Part shown: positions 50,496-62,585 of the stretch, piece after piece
Layout of the letters: each line of letters opens with the position of its first letter
Position numbering within the stretch: the stretch's first letter is position 1
Source: Azolla caroliniana
Taxonomy: Eukaryota; Plantae; Polypodiophyta
Direction of reading: 5' to 3'
Assembly (NCBI GenBank): GCA_043228905.1
Contig: JBHGNT010000002.1
Location: 15,624,001-15,688,000, forward strand
Length of the DNA stretch: 64,000 nucleotides
Program-made: the position numbers and the translations under genes
The notes under the pieces: model-generated
What the model saw: only the letters and a program-made list of their open reading frames with translations
Database searches by the model: none
Told to the model about the DNA's origin: nothing

Positions 50496-51355
50496 CCTTG
50501 TACCTTCAAGGTAAAAGAGAATTGATTTACCATTAGGACTACTATCATATGCTTCAAACTTTATCAATGTATTTTCTTTTCATATTCAGTAACTCATAGG
50601 AAACAAATACATAAAACACCTTGTGCACAAAACCATGATTTTAGCCCGTGGTTTTAGCCCGTGGTTTTAGCCCATGGTTTTTGCATGGAGACCTATAAAA
50701 GCATCTAGTTAGGCTTGTGTAAGGAGGGACATGATGTAAGGAAGAAACGTCTAATAAAAGATCTAAGGTATCTTATTGGTGATATATCTTGTTTCTAAAA
50801 ACTGAAATAAAGGGTTCAATCTCTCTCTCTCTCTCTCTTTGTCTCTCCATCAATCTGTTTATCTATCTTCAAAACTTTCTTGCTTACACTACTAAAAACA
50901 TCGAATCCTTCTGGTCTAGGACCTTGGCGGTCCTTCTTCATTTCGCGAACACACGAGGATTTCCTCGACATCTTTCTTTGTGAACTCGGCGCGAGATGAG
51001 GTAGCAGGAGGATATCAAGTGCGACGATGGCTTCGACAAGCAGAACTGAAGGAGAGGAATTGATGGAAGGCATGGTGTCCCTCATGGAATTCATGCTGAA
51101 GGCGAGAGATCGGGAGGCTTTAATTGACAAAGTTGTCGATCGAACAATGGAGATAACTGGACGATTTGGTGGCAAGAACATCACGGATGTCCTTGTTACC
51201 TATCAGAACAAGATGCAGTAGAGGGATGTCCACGATCTGAAACAAATTCTTTCTTTAAGCGTGTGGTGGAACCAGGGATTCGTGAGGGCTTCATGGAGAT
51301 CCGAAACGTGCACGCAACTTGGGCAGAGTTCGAAAAGGCGCTTCTTACTGAATAC

Positions 51356-54300
51356 TGAGAGGAATAACGCGGAATATTTCTCAGCCACAACCGAGTCTTG
51401 AACACTTCTCTAAAAATGAAACACTGTAATTGGAAGTGGAGAGTACACAAAGGAAATACACAAGATATTTATGTGGATAACCCTAAATGGGAAAAACCAC
51501 CGGAGCCCACAGACTCCAACTATCACTATTGGAGAAAGGTACAATTAGAGCCTTGGAGGCAATGACCTCGAGCTCTGTATCTTCGCCAACCGGCGGTTAC
51601 AACAGAGTATCGCTCTGTATCTCACTCTCTCACTCTCTCTGTCGCTCTCTCTATGCAACAATATGACAATAACAACAACCTTCACAAAGTGATTGCCCTA
51701 AGTCATATTTATACTTGTATGAACTTAGGGATATCTACAAATATAGCCTCAATAGGCTTACTCAAAACATATTTACAAATATGTCTTCTCTTTCGGTTCT
51801 TACCGGGTCTCTTCTGGTTCTCACCGGGTCTCCTCTGGTTTCTGGATCTCTTCCGGTTCTCACCGAGTCCTCTTTATTCATCACCGAATCCCATCCAGAG
51901 AGACTGATTTCCCAACAATCTCCCCCTTCACTCTGGCATGGGATATCTTGTCAGCGCGATCCGCTTTCAGCACGCGTCCAACTTGTTGGTTGTCAGGACC
52001 TTGGTCTGACAGCATGTTCGACCCATTCTCCTCCGTGTCGATCTTCGTCAGAACGAACTCTTGATAGCTTGCAGTTTGCCGGAAGTGTCGATCTGATCGG
52101 TTTCGCCTCCGACATGTTGAACCGTTGAAGCACCTTTGTCACATACTTCTCTTGTGACAACCACAACAACTTCTTCGACCGGTCCCGGATGATGTGCATT
52201 CCCGATATCTATCTTGCCGGCCCCAAGTCTTTCATTGAGAAGGTCCGGTTCAGAGACTTCTTCAGCATCCGACTCTTGCCTTGGTCTCGTTCGACGATCA
52301 ACATATCGTCCACATATAGGAAGAGTATCAGGAAATCTCCTCCATCAAATTTCTTCATAAACACGCAGTGATCGGCCTGCGTCTTGTGGTATCCTTGGTC
52401 GGTCATGAAGGAGTCAAACTTTCGGTACCATTGTCGGGGAGCTTGCTTCAGTCCATATAGGCTCTTCTTCAACCGGCACACCAGGTACTCCTTCCCTTTC
52501 TTCTCAAATCCTTCTGGTTGATGCATGTAGATCTCTTCTTCGAGGTCCCCACGATTCGGGCCTTATACCTTGGTGGATTTCCAACGTCTCCCGGTTTTAG
52601 CTTGTACACCCACTTGTTCCAGAGTGTCCTCTTTCCTTTCGGAAACTCCACCAATTCATATGTGTGGTTCTCATGTAGGGAATCCATCTCCTCCTGCATG
52701 GCACTCAACCACTTGCGGCTATGGGTGTCTCCCTTCGCTTCTTCAAAGCTTTTCGACTCCCCCTCATCCGTTAGCAACACGTGATCTGCATCTAGAAATC
52801 TCCAGGGAGCTCTTCTCTCTTTGAGAGGATATCTTGGTCCTTGGTTTCTGATTGCCGGTTCCTCCATTTCTTCCTCATCCGAATCCGATTCGGGATCTTG
52901 TCCGGTTTCGGTGTCTTCATCTTCTTCTTTGGTCGGTTCGGTTTCTTGTTCGTATCCGACCGGTTCGTTGAGTGTCATCTGGTTAACATCCGGTTTTCAA
53001 CCGGGTATATCCTTGTGTCCTCAAGCCGGTTTTCATTGGATGATCTAGAGTTCATCATCTTCTTCTCCGACTCCAAGTCGGCAATGGTCCTGTCTTCCAT
53101 GAAGACTATGTCCCGACTCCGGAACACCTTCTTGTCGACCTAGTCCCACACCCGGTAACCGAACTCATCATCGCCGTATCCAAGGAATATGCATGGCCTG
53201 AACTTCAGATCTAGCTTTGCTCTCTTGTCCTTTGCAACATGCACATATGTGAGACACCCGAACACCTTCAGATGCTGGTAAGATACATCTTTACAGGTAC
53301 ATACTTTCTGAGGTGAGTCTCCCTACAAGGGTGCTGAGGGTGATCCATTTATCACATAGGTCGTCGTCATCAGCGCCTTAACTGAAAACGTCTTGAGTAA
53401 CTTTGCATGTGCTAGCATGCTCCAGACTCTCTCCATTATGGTCCGATTCATACTTTCGGCCAACCCGTTTAGTTCCAGCGTCTTCGGCACAATAAACTCA
53501 AGCTGGATTCCCTTCGACCGACAGTACTCCTCAAACTGCCCCCGGTATTCTCCTTCGTTATCTGCTCGAACCACCTTCAGCTTCTGGCCAGTTTCTCTTT
53601 CCACTCTCGCGTGGAGTTCCTTGAAGACGGATCGCACCTGATCCTTCGTCTTCAGTGGTGAGACCCCGAGCTTCCGGTTATGGTTATCTATGAACGTCAC
53701 GAAGTACTGCGATCCGACATGTGACTTCGTGTCCACTTGACACATATCGGTATGCACCAGCTCCAATAGTGCATTCCGTCTCATCGGGTGTCTTGACCGG
53801 AAGTAGGTTCGGTTTTGCTTGCCGGCCAAGCAATCGGTGCACTTCTCAAGTTTCATGTCTTTCACTGGAATGAGGTTGACTTCGGCAAGCCTCTTCATCC
53901 CCTTCTCACTCATGTGACATAGTATTTTGTGCCACAGCTCACCGGCAGTGTCAGATGCTACGTTCACTTCTTCCCGGCATATCCGGCCATTCATTAAGTA
54001 TAGTGTGTTGATCTTCCAGGCTCGAGCCACTATCAAGCTTCCCTTGCTGAACTTCATAACTCTGTTCTGAATGCTACCCGTGTAGCCTTCATCATCTTGC
54101 CGACCAACTGATATCAGGCTCCGTCGAACCTCCGGAACGTGTCGGACATCCTTCAACAACAATTTGCATCTGGTTGATGTCGTCAACAACACATCTCCTA
54201 TGCCGATAATTCGGCATGTACCTTCATTCCCCATCTAGACACAACCATGATCACCGGCTCTATAGGATAAGAAGCATTTCCGATCCGGTGTCAAGTGGAA

Positions 54301-56447
54301 TGACGCTCTGGAATCGAAAACCGACGTTGTCTCATCGCCGACAAGGTTTAACTCATTCTCTTCGGTAATGAGCATGAGTTCTTCTTCATTTGTCGCGATT
54401 GCCGATGTTCCTTTCCGATCCGGGCCTCTCCGGTCTGAACCATTTCGGTCCGAACTCTTCTTCGAATTGGTAGTGTTGGTTTCTTTCTCCTTCCGGAAAT
54501 GCCGGCAGTTCTTTTGGAAGTGCCCAGGTAGTAGAAGCAAGTAGGCCTCCCCCTTGACTTTGTCTTCATTCCCGATTTGTCCCGGTTTTGGGGACTTCCA
54601 TACCGGCCTCTTCCCTGGTTGTGGTCATCTTTTGTGACCAAGGCCTTCGGATAGGATTCGAACTCCCGATCCTTCCGACGAGCTTCTTCATCTAGCAAGC
54701 TTGACTTTACCCTTGCTAGGGACAACTATTTTTCTTCTGGCCCGACGTTGCCCAATGTGACAACTAGCGTCTCCCAACTATCTGGGAGCAATGCGAGTAC
54801 CTCATCGGCAAGAGGTACTTCCAACGAGGTTGCCTGGTGGATCAGTCCCTGGAAGGCATGAAAGGAATACGGTTTCCTAAGCTATGCTCGGCCACAACCG
54901 AGACGTCGGATCAAGCACAAAAAACAGGGATGTGGTGAGATGTATCTACACACGAAACAATAAAGAAGAGAGTGCACTGGATGTTAACGTGGAAAACCCA
55001 AATCTGGGAAAAACCACGATAGCCCTCAGACTGCAAAATATCACTATATCAAGATTACAACAATGGGGCACAGAGGCGACAACCTCTTGCTCCCTCGCTT
55101 CGCCACCAGGCGGTTACAATAGAGGCAACAACCTCTTCCTCTCTCTCTCTCTCTCTTCTCTGTACACACAGTTACGCTCTGAATTATCGCAACAACGATA
55201 ATAATACAACCAACTCTACATCATCTACTTATTAAGTTTGCCCTAGGTCATATTTATACTAATATGACTTTCGGGCTATTTACAAATATAGCCCTAGTGG
55301 GCTCTCTGGAACATATTTACATATATGTCCCTTCCATCCGATGAGAGGTTCTCCTTGGGCCTACAACATCCGGTTCTCACCGGGTCTTCCTTGACGGGTA
55401 CTCGTCATTCGGTTCTCACCAGGTCTTCCATTGCCGGGTACTCCACATCCGGTTCTCACCGGGCCTGCAACACTGTTCTTCTCACTTCCCATCCGGAGGG
55501 ACCTATTTCCTAACAAGGCATTCATGTGCTCCACCATACTGGAGCCATCCTGGTACCGGAGCCTCACTAGCTTCCGGAATACCAAAACCCGATTAACGGC
55601 ATTCTTGTTCTGGAACATGATGCCGATGTTCTCCTAGAGTTCATGAGCCTTGCTCTCTTCATTGAATTTGTTGTCCATGCTCATGTCAATGAAGCACCGG
55701 ATGTATGCCATCGTCTTCATGTGCATCACCTCCCACGCTGTAGCGTCGATCTTATCGGGTCTCTTGTCCTCGAACTGAACTGGCAACCAAAAATCTTTAA
55801 CCACCAACATGTCCGTCATCTTCGACTTCCACACTAAGTAGTTGGAGCCGGTGAGCTTGAACATGCTGCCGAACGATTCTTCCATTTCCTGTGTTGTTTG
55901 CTTTGATACCAGATTTAGAGGAATGATGCGGAATATGGCTCGGCCACAACCGAGTCTTGAACACTTCTCTGTGAATGAAACATAGTAATGGGAAGTGGAG
56001 AGTACACAAAGGAAATACACAGGATGTTTACGTGGAAAACCCTAAATGGGAAAAACCACTGGACCCCACGGACTCCAACTGTCACTAGAGGAGAAAGATA
56101 AATTCAAAGCCTTGGAGGCAACGACCTCGAGCTCTGTATCTTCGCCAACCGGCGGTTACAACAGAGTATCGCTCTGTATCTCACACACACACTCTCTCTC
56201 TCTATACAACAATATGAAAATAGCAACAACCTTCACAAAGTGATTGCCCTAAGTCATATTTATACTTATATGAAATTAGGGCTATTTACAAATATAGCCT
56301 CAATAGGCTTACGCAAAACATATTTACAGATATGTCTTCTCTTCCGGTTCTCACCGGGTCTCCTCTGGTTTCTAGATCTCTTTCGGTTCTCACCGGGTCC
56401 TCTTTATTCATCACCGGATCCCATTGGGAGAGACTGATTTCCCAACA
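51356..56447 (-). mobile_element. Ty1/copia G, Tnt1/Tork-like, with internal deletions in RT and RNase H
   Basis: LTRs 55915-56447 and 51356-51917; perfect TSD AATAC in the F gag; PBS TGGTATCAAAGC; PPT TGAAGGGGGAGAT. Motifs KLTGSNYLVW, FDSRASFH, VRADNEGEY, YVDDMLIV and LSQEKYVTKVLQRFNM. Confidence 0.95.
54859..55515 (-). mobile_element. Solo LTR of a G-related family inserted in the G gag
   Basis: TG...CA termini; perfect TSD AGGCA; shares TCGGCCACAACCGAG, GTGGAAAACCC..GGGAAAAACCAC and CCGGTTCTCACCGGG repeats with the G LTRs. Confidence 0.9.
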
Positions 56448-59420
56448 AATACATGGTTGAAGATGCATCAAGAATGACTCGGCATACGCTCATGAATTTG
56501 ATCGAGAAGAAAGGGAAGAATTTGTGTGCGTCGCTAGTATATGCGAAATTTGACCAGAAGTACAACCGATTTCTGAGTGCTGATCAACGAGTTTTCAATG
56601 GAGATAAAGTGCCGCTATTCCTGAAGGCGGTGGATACGAAAGACTAGCGAGAATTGGGCAGCCTTTTGGAGGATGAAACACAACCAAATGGCTTGGTAGT
56701 GGACTGGGCGATGGTGAAGAAGGCTTGCAACCGTCTTGATAAGCGTCGATAATGGCTAGAGAAAACTGACGTTGAGAACCCACAATCGTGGAGGAGGAAG
56801 GCACTTGCGACGATTGAGCTTAGCAAGCCGATCAACAATTTTGACAATAAAGCGATGGAGGAATCTATAATCGAAGAGCTGTCCAAGAAGTTTCGAGCGG
56901 TATCGCTGGCCAACTTAGGTCGACGCGGGCCCAAGGGAAGAGAAGCGTTTAGATGTGGGTGGTGTGAGAACTTGGAGCAGTCATGAAGGGAGTGCATTGA
57001 CTTACAAGACGCGATTTGGAAGAACGTCGTTTATTTGGACGACAACATGATCCGCTTGAGCGAGACCCAGAAGCCACTACGAGTGAACTTTGGAAGAGGC
57101 AAGCTGAAAAAGATTGTGGAAGAGGAAGACACAAGGCATGTAGAAGCTATGCACTATGCCGCATCGGCCGGGATACGAGTTGGAAGAGAGAATCAAAAAA
57201 TGATCAAGCCAGGAGTTGGGTTTTGGCCGACGGTCTTTGAGTGCGAGAAAAAGGCAAAATCGATTTGGAGGATCTAAAAATTGTTGATCAGAACGTGCGA
57301 CGAGTTACCGTATGGTCGGATTCAGTCGATGATAACACAAGCTTTGCGGAGGTTGTGTGCGACAACTATGAAGCTCTTGTCGAAGAGAAGAGGAAAAGAG
57401 CCGATGAAGAAGATGGCACATCAAAGCATCCCAACATGAGGAACGCAGGGCAAGAAGGGCAAGCCCAACTTACGCCACGAAAAGAGGTTGGAGAAACCAG
57501 CATGAAACCCGGTGCATCGCGCCAACCTGCTCAGATGGAAGTTGATGAATTTGCGAAGAAAGGAAAAGAACGAGCAGTGTTCACTTACAAGATAAGGTCA
57601 AACATTGAACAAAAAACTGAGTTGTGGAAGGTCCTTGAGGAGAAGGTTTTAGATAGTCATGTCGATCTTACTTTGAGAGAACTATTTGGGATCGCCAAGG
57701 AGTTCCATGATATTATCGTGGAACTTATCAAGCGGAAGCGGCAACAATCGGGATGAAGAGGAGGTGAAAACAAGTGCGATAACCATGGAAAGATCGGAAG
57801 AGGAGGAGGAAAAAGAAGTGATGGCAGACAACCATTACTCTGGACCTCATTCGGCAAGAAAGAAAGAAATATTAACGTCTTCTAAGGCCAAATTTGGCCC
57901 ATGAGACAATTGGTTTACAACAAAAATGAGTGTTTATCCAATCATCAAAACTAAAATAATAATAAAAAGCTTAAGCTAAGAGAGTTCTAGTAGTGTACAA
58001 AACTTTGCACTAAGCCTAATCTCATTTCCACCCAAGTCTCTCAAAAAGAAGTGGGAGGTCAAAAGTTTTTGGTGTGGGTGTGACCCATGGTCTCGATGCA
58101 TAGAGTGCCCTAGCCATGGCTTGGGAAGAAGAAAGAGACCATGGTAGCCTTAATTGACCATGGCTCAGAGATCAACCTTATGTCAACTGAGTTCTACAAG
58201 AAAGGAAGATGGCCAATTAATACGAACCACGGATGGAAGATTCGAGCGGCGACGAAGGCCACAAAGGACTTGTACGGAGCTTGCCCCAATGTTAAATTCA
58301 CTATCAGGGATGTGGAGATTGATCAACACTTCTTCGTGCAAGACTCAGCTTCGCATCCTATCATCCTAGGACAACCATATATCACATCGTCCCCGATGGA
58401 GACCAATGTGTTCGATAATGGAGTAGCCTTCGTGCGAGTCAAGAGTCTTGACAATCAGAGATCTGTTCAATTCCTGACGGTGCGAGCTAATCATGAAAGG
58501 AACCGAGATAGCCTTGGAGGCGAATCCTCGGTTTTTTAGAGCAGACTATTGAAGTGTGGGACACAAATAGTCTGAGCAATCATAAGTCCCCACAAGGAAG
58601 CAGAGCGCATGGATTGCAAGGAGAAGCAACATGTGTCACACCTAGTGGTGCATGTAAACTAACACTACTCAACAAGAAGGACAAGCGTCGGATACAAGAC
58701 TTCGAGAAGGTGTTGAAAGAAGAAAGCATAATAGGAGAAGAAGAATTCGTGACTCATATTCTAGAAGAAGCCTCATTTAACAACATCATCGGCGAGATCG
58801 AGGAAGTCGTTAAGTTGAGCTATCCTCGCGATCAACACGTGATTTCGGTTAACTCTGTCAACATTTACACTGTCATCGATGAATATCATCAAGGCATCTT
58901 GATGGAGGAAGCTGAAGTCAACACAAAATATAAAACGGTGGATAGGAAGTTCAAGCCAGTTACAGTTTCGCTACCAGAAGATAGCTGGCAAAAGATGAGG
59001 GAAGTTGCAAACAATCCAAGCTTGAGGGCTCCGAAGACAATAGGTCACATCTTCATTGAAGAGACGAAAGGAAAGCTACGAGTTGAAAGGGAGGATTCCC
59101 TCCTTCCTGAAGAGGAGTGAATGTTCTGCGGAATGCTCGAAAGACATCGGAAGGCTTTCGCATTTTCCCCACACAAAATTGAATTTGACACTTTAGACAA
59201 TTCTGTCTTGGGCATCGACAATGAAGTAGAGTAAATCAAAAGATGAGCCTCACCACAATTGGCACATACCAGTGGATGTGTAGGTTTGGTGGGGGTGGAT
59301 GTCATGATGTTGCGTGTCCAGTGGGAGAAAAAGTGAAAAAGTGTGGTTCCATGCACATTACACAAACATTTGTAAATAAATAAAAAATATGCCTAGGGCC
59401 TAATGGGATACAATGTATAA

Positions 59421-59843
59421 GTATAAATACACTTAAGGGAAAAAATAGTGGGGTGAATAGATTAGTTGTGTGCCTCTGTTGTAGAGTGTGATAGAGAAGA
59501 GAAAGAGCGTGAGCGAGAGAGAGCGGGAACAAAGTTCAATGAACTTGCTAAGAACCCTAAGCGGATTATCCTCTATGTGCATCAGAGAAGATTGGAACCG
59601 TTTTTTGTATTCTCTTGTATAGTGGATCTCTATTTCTCCTGTGGTTTTTCTTGGTTAGGGTTGTTAGGAATATGTCCCTCCAGTGGGAGGAGTCGACTGT
59701 TCGGCATAGCCGACAATCAAAGACAGGGAGCAACCGACTAGGTTGGATGCGAGCTAACAGTCGAAGAGTCGACTTTGACAGAGTCAACATGGAGAGTCAA
59801 CTAGGAGAGAGAGTCGACAGGAGGTGATTGAGGTCGAAGACAC
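59421..59843 (+). mobile_element. Two stacked partial copia-type LTR fragments (59421-59661 and 59662-~59843)
   Basis: The first has GAACTTGC.AA.ACCCTAA and GTGGTTTT...TAGGGT as in the 12.6-kb solo LTR. The second begins TGTTAGGAATATGTCCCTCC like the G-related LTR starts and has GTCGAC repeats. Confidence 0.6.
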
Positions 59844-60243
59844 TGTTAACTCTTAGGGCCGGACAATGGCCTAACACAGGGTGTCTACGGAAGACACTTC
59901 ACCAAAGGGGTGTTACGGCAACAGGATTAGACTCAACGATTAATCTGACTTAATTAGGTTACTTAGCATGATCGTCTTTAATAATCACACGCGTAAGATA
60001 TAACAATGAGTGCAGAACGGCAATTAACACAGAGAGATAACAACATTAAGCTTTATTAATTAACCGCTATTCATTACATTGTATCAGGGCCTTTAAATAG
60101 GTTTCCGGTCTGTATTACAAAACGGTGCCATCCGCACCTGTTCGGGATCGGTTCGGATCCGGAACGGCATACCGATTCCGGTCCGTCCGTCCACACTCAT
60201 AGCTTACTTACAACCATTCCTACTAATTAAATAACTCCCCGTT

Positions 60244-62400
60244 TCACACTCCGGACTCCTTTGCCGGCCGGTAACACATGGCACGCCCGTGGGACAATAC
60301 CTTGTACGTCGAATCCACAACCGACCCTTGCTATTCTTCGTCCAAAATGTCCAGAATGCTTTGTTCGAGAGTCTCCAATGGTTCATCTGGAATTGATTGT
60401 TGTTGTTGTTGTTGCTGTTGTTGCTGCTCTGTTGATGTCTGCTGCGACGGGTCCGTTGGTGGCTACTGCGGCTACTTCTCCGTTTGTTGCTCTGACACCG
60501 GCGTCTCCGTCGTTGCTCCCTCCATCGTAGTGGTCTCCGGTTGACTGGTTCCGGGCTGGCCCTCGGCCGGCGACGGTTCCTCATCACTAAGGTTAACCGT
60601 TGCCGCTTCCCGTGCTTTTTCTTCCCGAACCCGGGACCGTTCGTAGCTTTCAAACTGGATTTGAGCGTCCAGCCTATCATCGTCTAGCTAAGCTACGAGT
60701 TTCCAGACCTGTGCCAGTTGTTCATCCGCCAGGACTTGGAAGTCGTCGGCCAGCTCGTCCCCTATGGCGGTGAAATCCTCGGAAGTCAATGTATAACAAT
60801 CATCTCCTTCCTTCCGCCGGTTTGCCACGTCTGCTTGTAGCAATTGGAGTTCCGCCGCATTTTGTGCCCACTTTGTCCACCATCTTACGGAGGTTTCATC
60901 AATCAAATGTTTTGTCTGATTCAGCCATGCCCGAAGGATGGACTGAATCCGGCCCGTTCCCAATTGCGATTTGGTTTCCGCCGCTTGCCGTTCCTCCTTC
61001 AGTTGCTTGATGATTTTGACGTTGTCTTCCGCCTGCTCCTTGTAATGCGTCAATTGCCTTTGATATGTGCTTTGTAATTTCTGCAATACCGTTGACGCTC
61101 TCTCCTTTTCTTCCTGCTGCTGCCTCTAGAGCTCCATCCGGACCTTCTCCGCCTCGTCCAAGCGTCTTGTATTTTCCGCACGTTCGTCAGCGATCGCCGT
61201 CGCGGCCCGATCAACTTCCTGTTGGAGCTCGGCCATCCATTCCTTATGCTCCGTTTCCAGCCATTTGTAGTCCTGGTGCAGGTGCTCAAAATCATCTGTC
61301 TTTTTCTTGAGCCGTGCATTGATCTGTCGACGGGCCCGGTCCTCGCGGTCCTTCTGCTGGCGGAGCTCTTCCTTTAGCCGTTCAATTTCGGTTTCTGCCG
61401 TCTTCCGCAGCTTGTCCTTTTCCTGCAGCACTTTGTCTTTTTCCTCCCTTAGTTGGTCGTACGCTTGATGGCCTTTCCGGAGGCTCTCCTCTGCCCGACG
61501 GAGGTTCTCAGCAGTCTTCTTTAATTCGGCTTCGGCCGCTGTCTTCAATTCCCGTTCACGGCTCCTTAGAGCTTCTTGTGCGGCAAGTTCATCTCTCAAT
61601 TTCGCAAGCTCCTGGGCTTGCGCCGCATCTCTCGCCGGAACGGTTTCCGTTGCCGGGGTCTTATTGGTATGTACAAGTCGATCCATTTCTTTATTCTGTA
61701 CACTTATCGGAGTCACCGGTGATTGGATTTGTGTTTCCGTTAAGGCCAATTTGGCCATCTCTGTCGTGACTTGATCCAAGTCTTTTTCAAGGCACCGTAT
61801 TCTGGACCGGGCCGTCTCTAGTTGTTCGGTTGTGACGAGCAACCGTTCACTTTGCGCTCTTTCTTCCGCCTCAATATACCCCACTGGTTCGGCTATCTGT
61901 TCGTCTATCCACCGGAGCCACATGCTACCGGTGCATTGTTGTGCTTGCACGGAGGTTTGACAGATGGGCTCACTTGTAGATGGGTGGTCCTGCCTGGTTG
62001 CGCCGAAATGCAATTCCGTTTCTGCCCATGGACCACCCTGCTGTCCTGGTTCCCCTTGCGCTTCTTCTTGGTTGGCCGAGGGAGGCTACATTGACCTTTC
62101 TGGCTCTGGCGGGATGGGACTTGCCGGTGTTGCCGGTGGTGCCGGGGCTTCTGATTCCGGTGCCATGCGCACCGGTTCCGGTTCCTCCCTTGGCGTGGGA
62201 GTCTTAGTATGGGGAGCCGGTGTTCCCTCCGTCTGAGGGTCCTAACGTTTCCCGACTGCCTCAACGGTCCTTGCCAACAACCGTCGCTGGAGGTGCTCCG
62301 TAGGCTCCTCCTCTATTTCCTTTTCCTGAGTCCCGACATTGAGTTTTGCCGCCAAGGGGTCCGCTTCTGTATTCACCGGTGTCGTAGTGTAGGTTGCACA
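60244..62400 (-). pseudogene. Antisense 719-codon frame encoding an E/K/R/Q-rich coiled-coil protein with Pro/acidic flanks; 7 internal TAG stops
   Basis: The track ORFs 61126-62013 and 60688-61086 share one frame, which extends from 62400 to the TGA at 60244-60246 without a frameshift. AATAAA lies on the minus strand at 60052-60057. Confidence 0.75.
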
Positions 62401-62457
62401 CTATGTGGAAATTATATTTTTGTCCCTCCGGATAGAGAATGGAGTGCTCGGTGAGAA

Positions 62458-62585
62458 CCGGAAGAAAACGGCATACCGGCAAGGAGGAAAACGGCATACC
62501 GGGCCGGAAGAAAACGGCATACCGGCAAGGAGGAAAACGGCATACCGGGCCGGAAGAAAACGGCATACCGGCAAGGAAGAGCCGG
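62458..62585. repeat. Tandem minisatellite, ~23-bp unit GGARGAAAACGGCATACCGG(CAA/GCC), ~5 copies alternating as a 46-bp dimer
   Basis: Directly visible in the sequence. Confidence 0.9.

Larger units (their letters stand above)
50083..59420 (+). mobile_element. Ty3/gypsy F, internally deleted (gag, PR, start of pol), interrupted by copia G
   Basis: 5' LTR starts at 50083 (duplicated start at 50357) and ends near 50920 (uncertain). gag spans 51027-51355 plus 56453-~57850. Protease ALIDHGSEINLM at 58141-58539, then KYKTVDRKFKPV. A G-rich PPT-like tract GGTGGGGGTGGA precedes the 3' LTR start at 59300, which is truncated near 59420. Confidence 0.8.

Noticed and set aside
50638-50682. 13-bp TTTTAGCCCGTGG x3
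   Set aside because: Simple tandem repeat inside an LTR with nothing further to support a function.
55368-55465. CCGGTTCTCACCGGG repeats with short spacers (also ~51790-51870 and ~56340-56400)
   Set aside because: The spacers resemble each other and lie inside LTRs; these are ordinary U3 repeats.
59662-59843. Start of the gypsy H LTR at TGTTAGG (59662)
   Set aside because: It matches the starts of the copia-type LTRs (12627 and the reverse complement of 55515), so it was assigned to a separate fragment.
62458-62585. Regular short repeats resembling a CRISPR array
   Set aside because: The units abut without unique spacers, no cas genes are present and the context is eukaryotic; it is a minisatellite.
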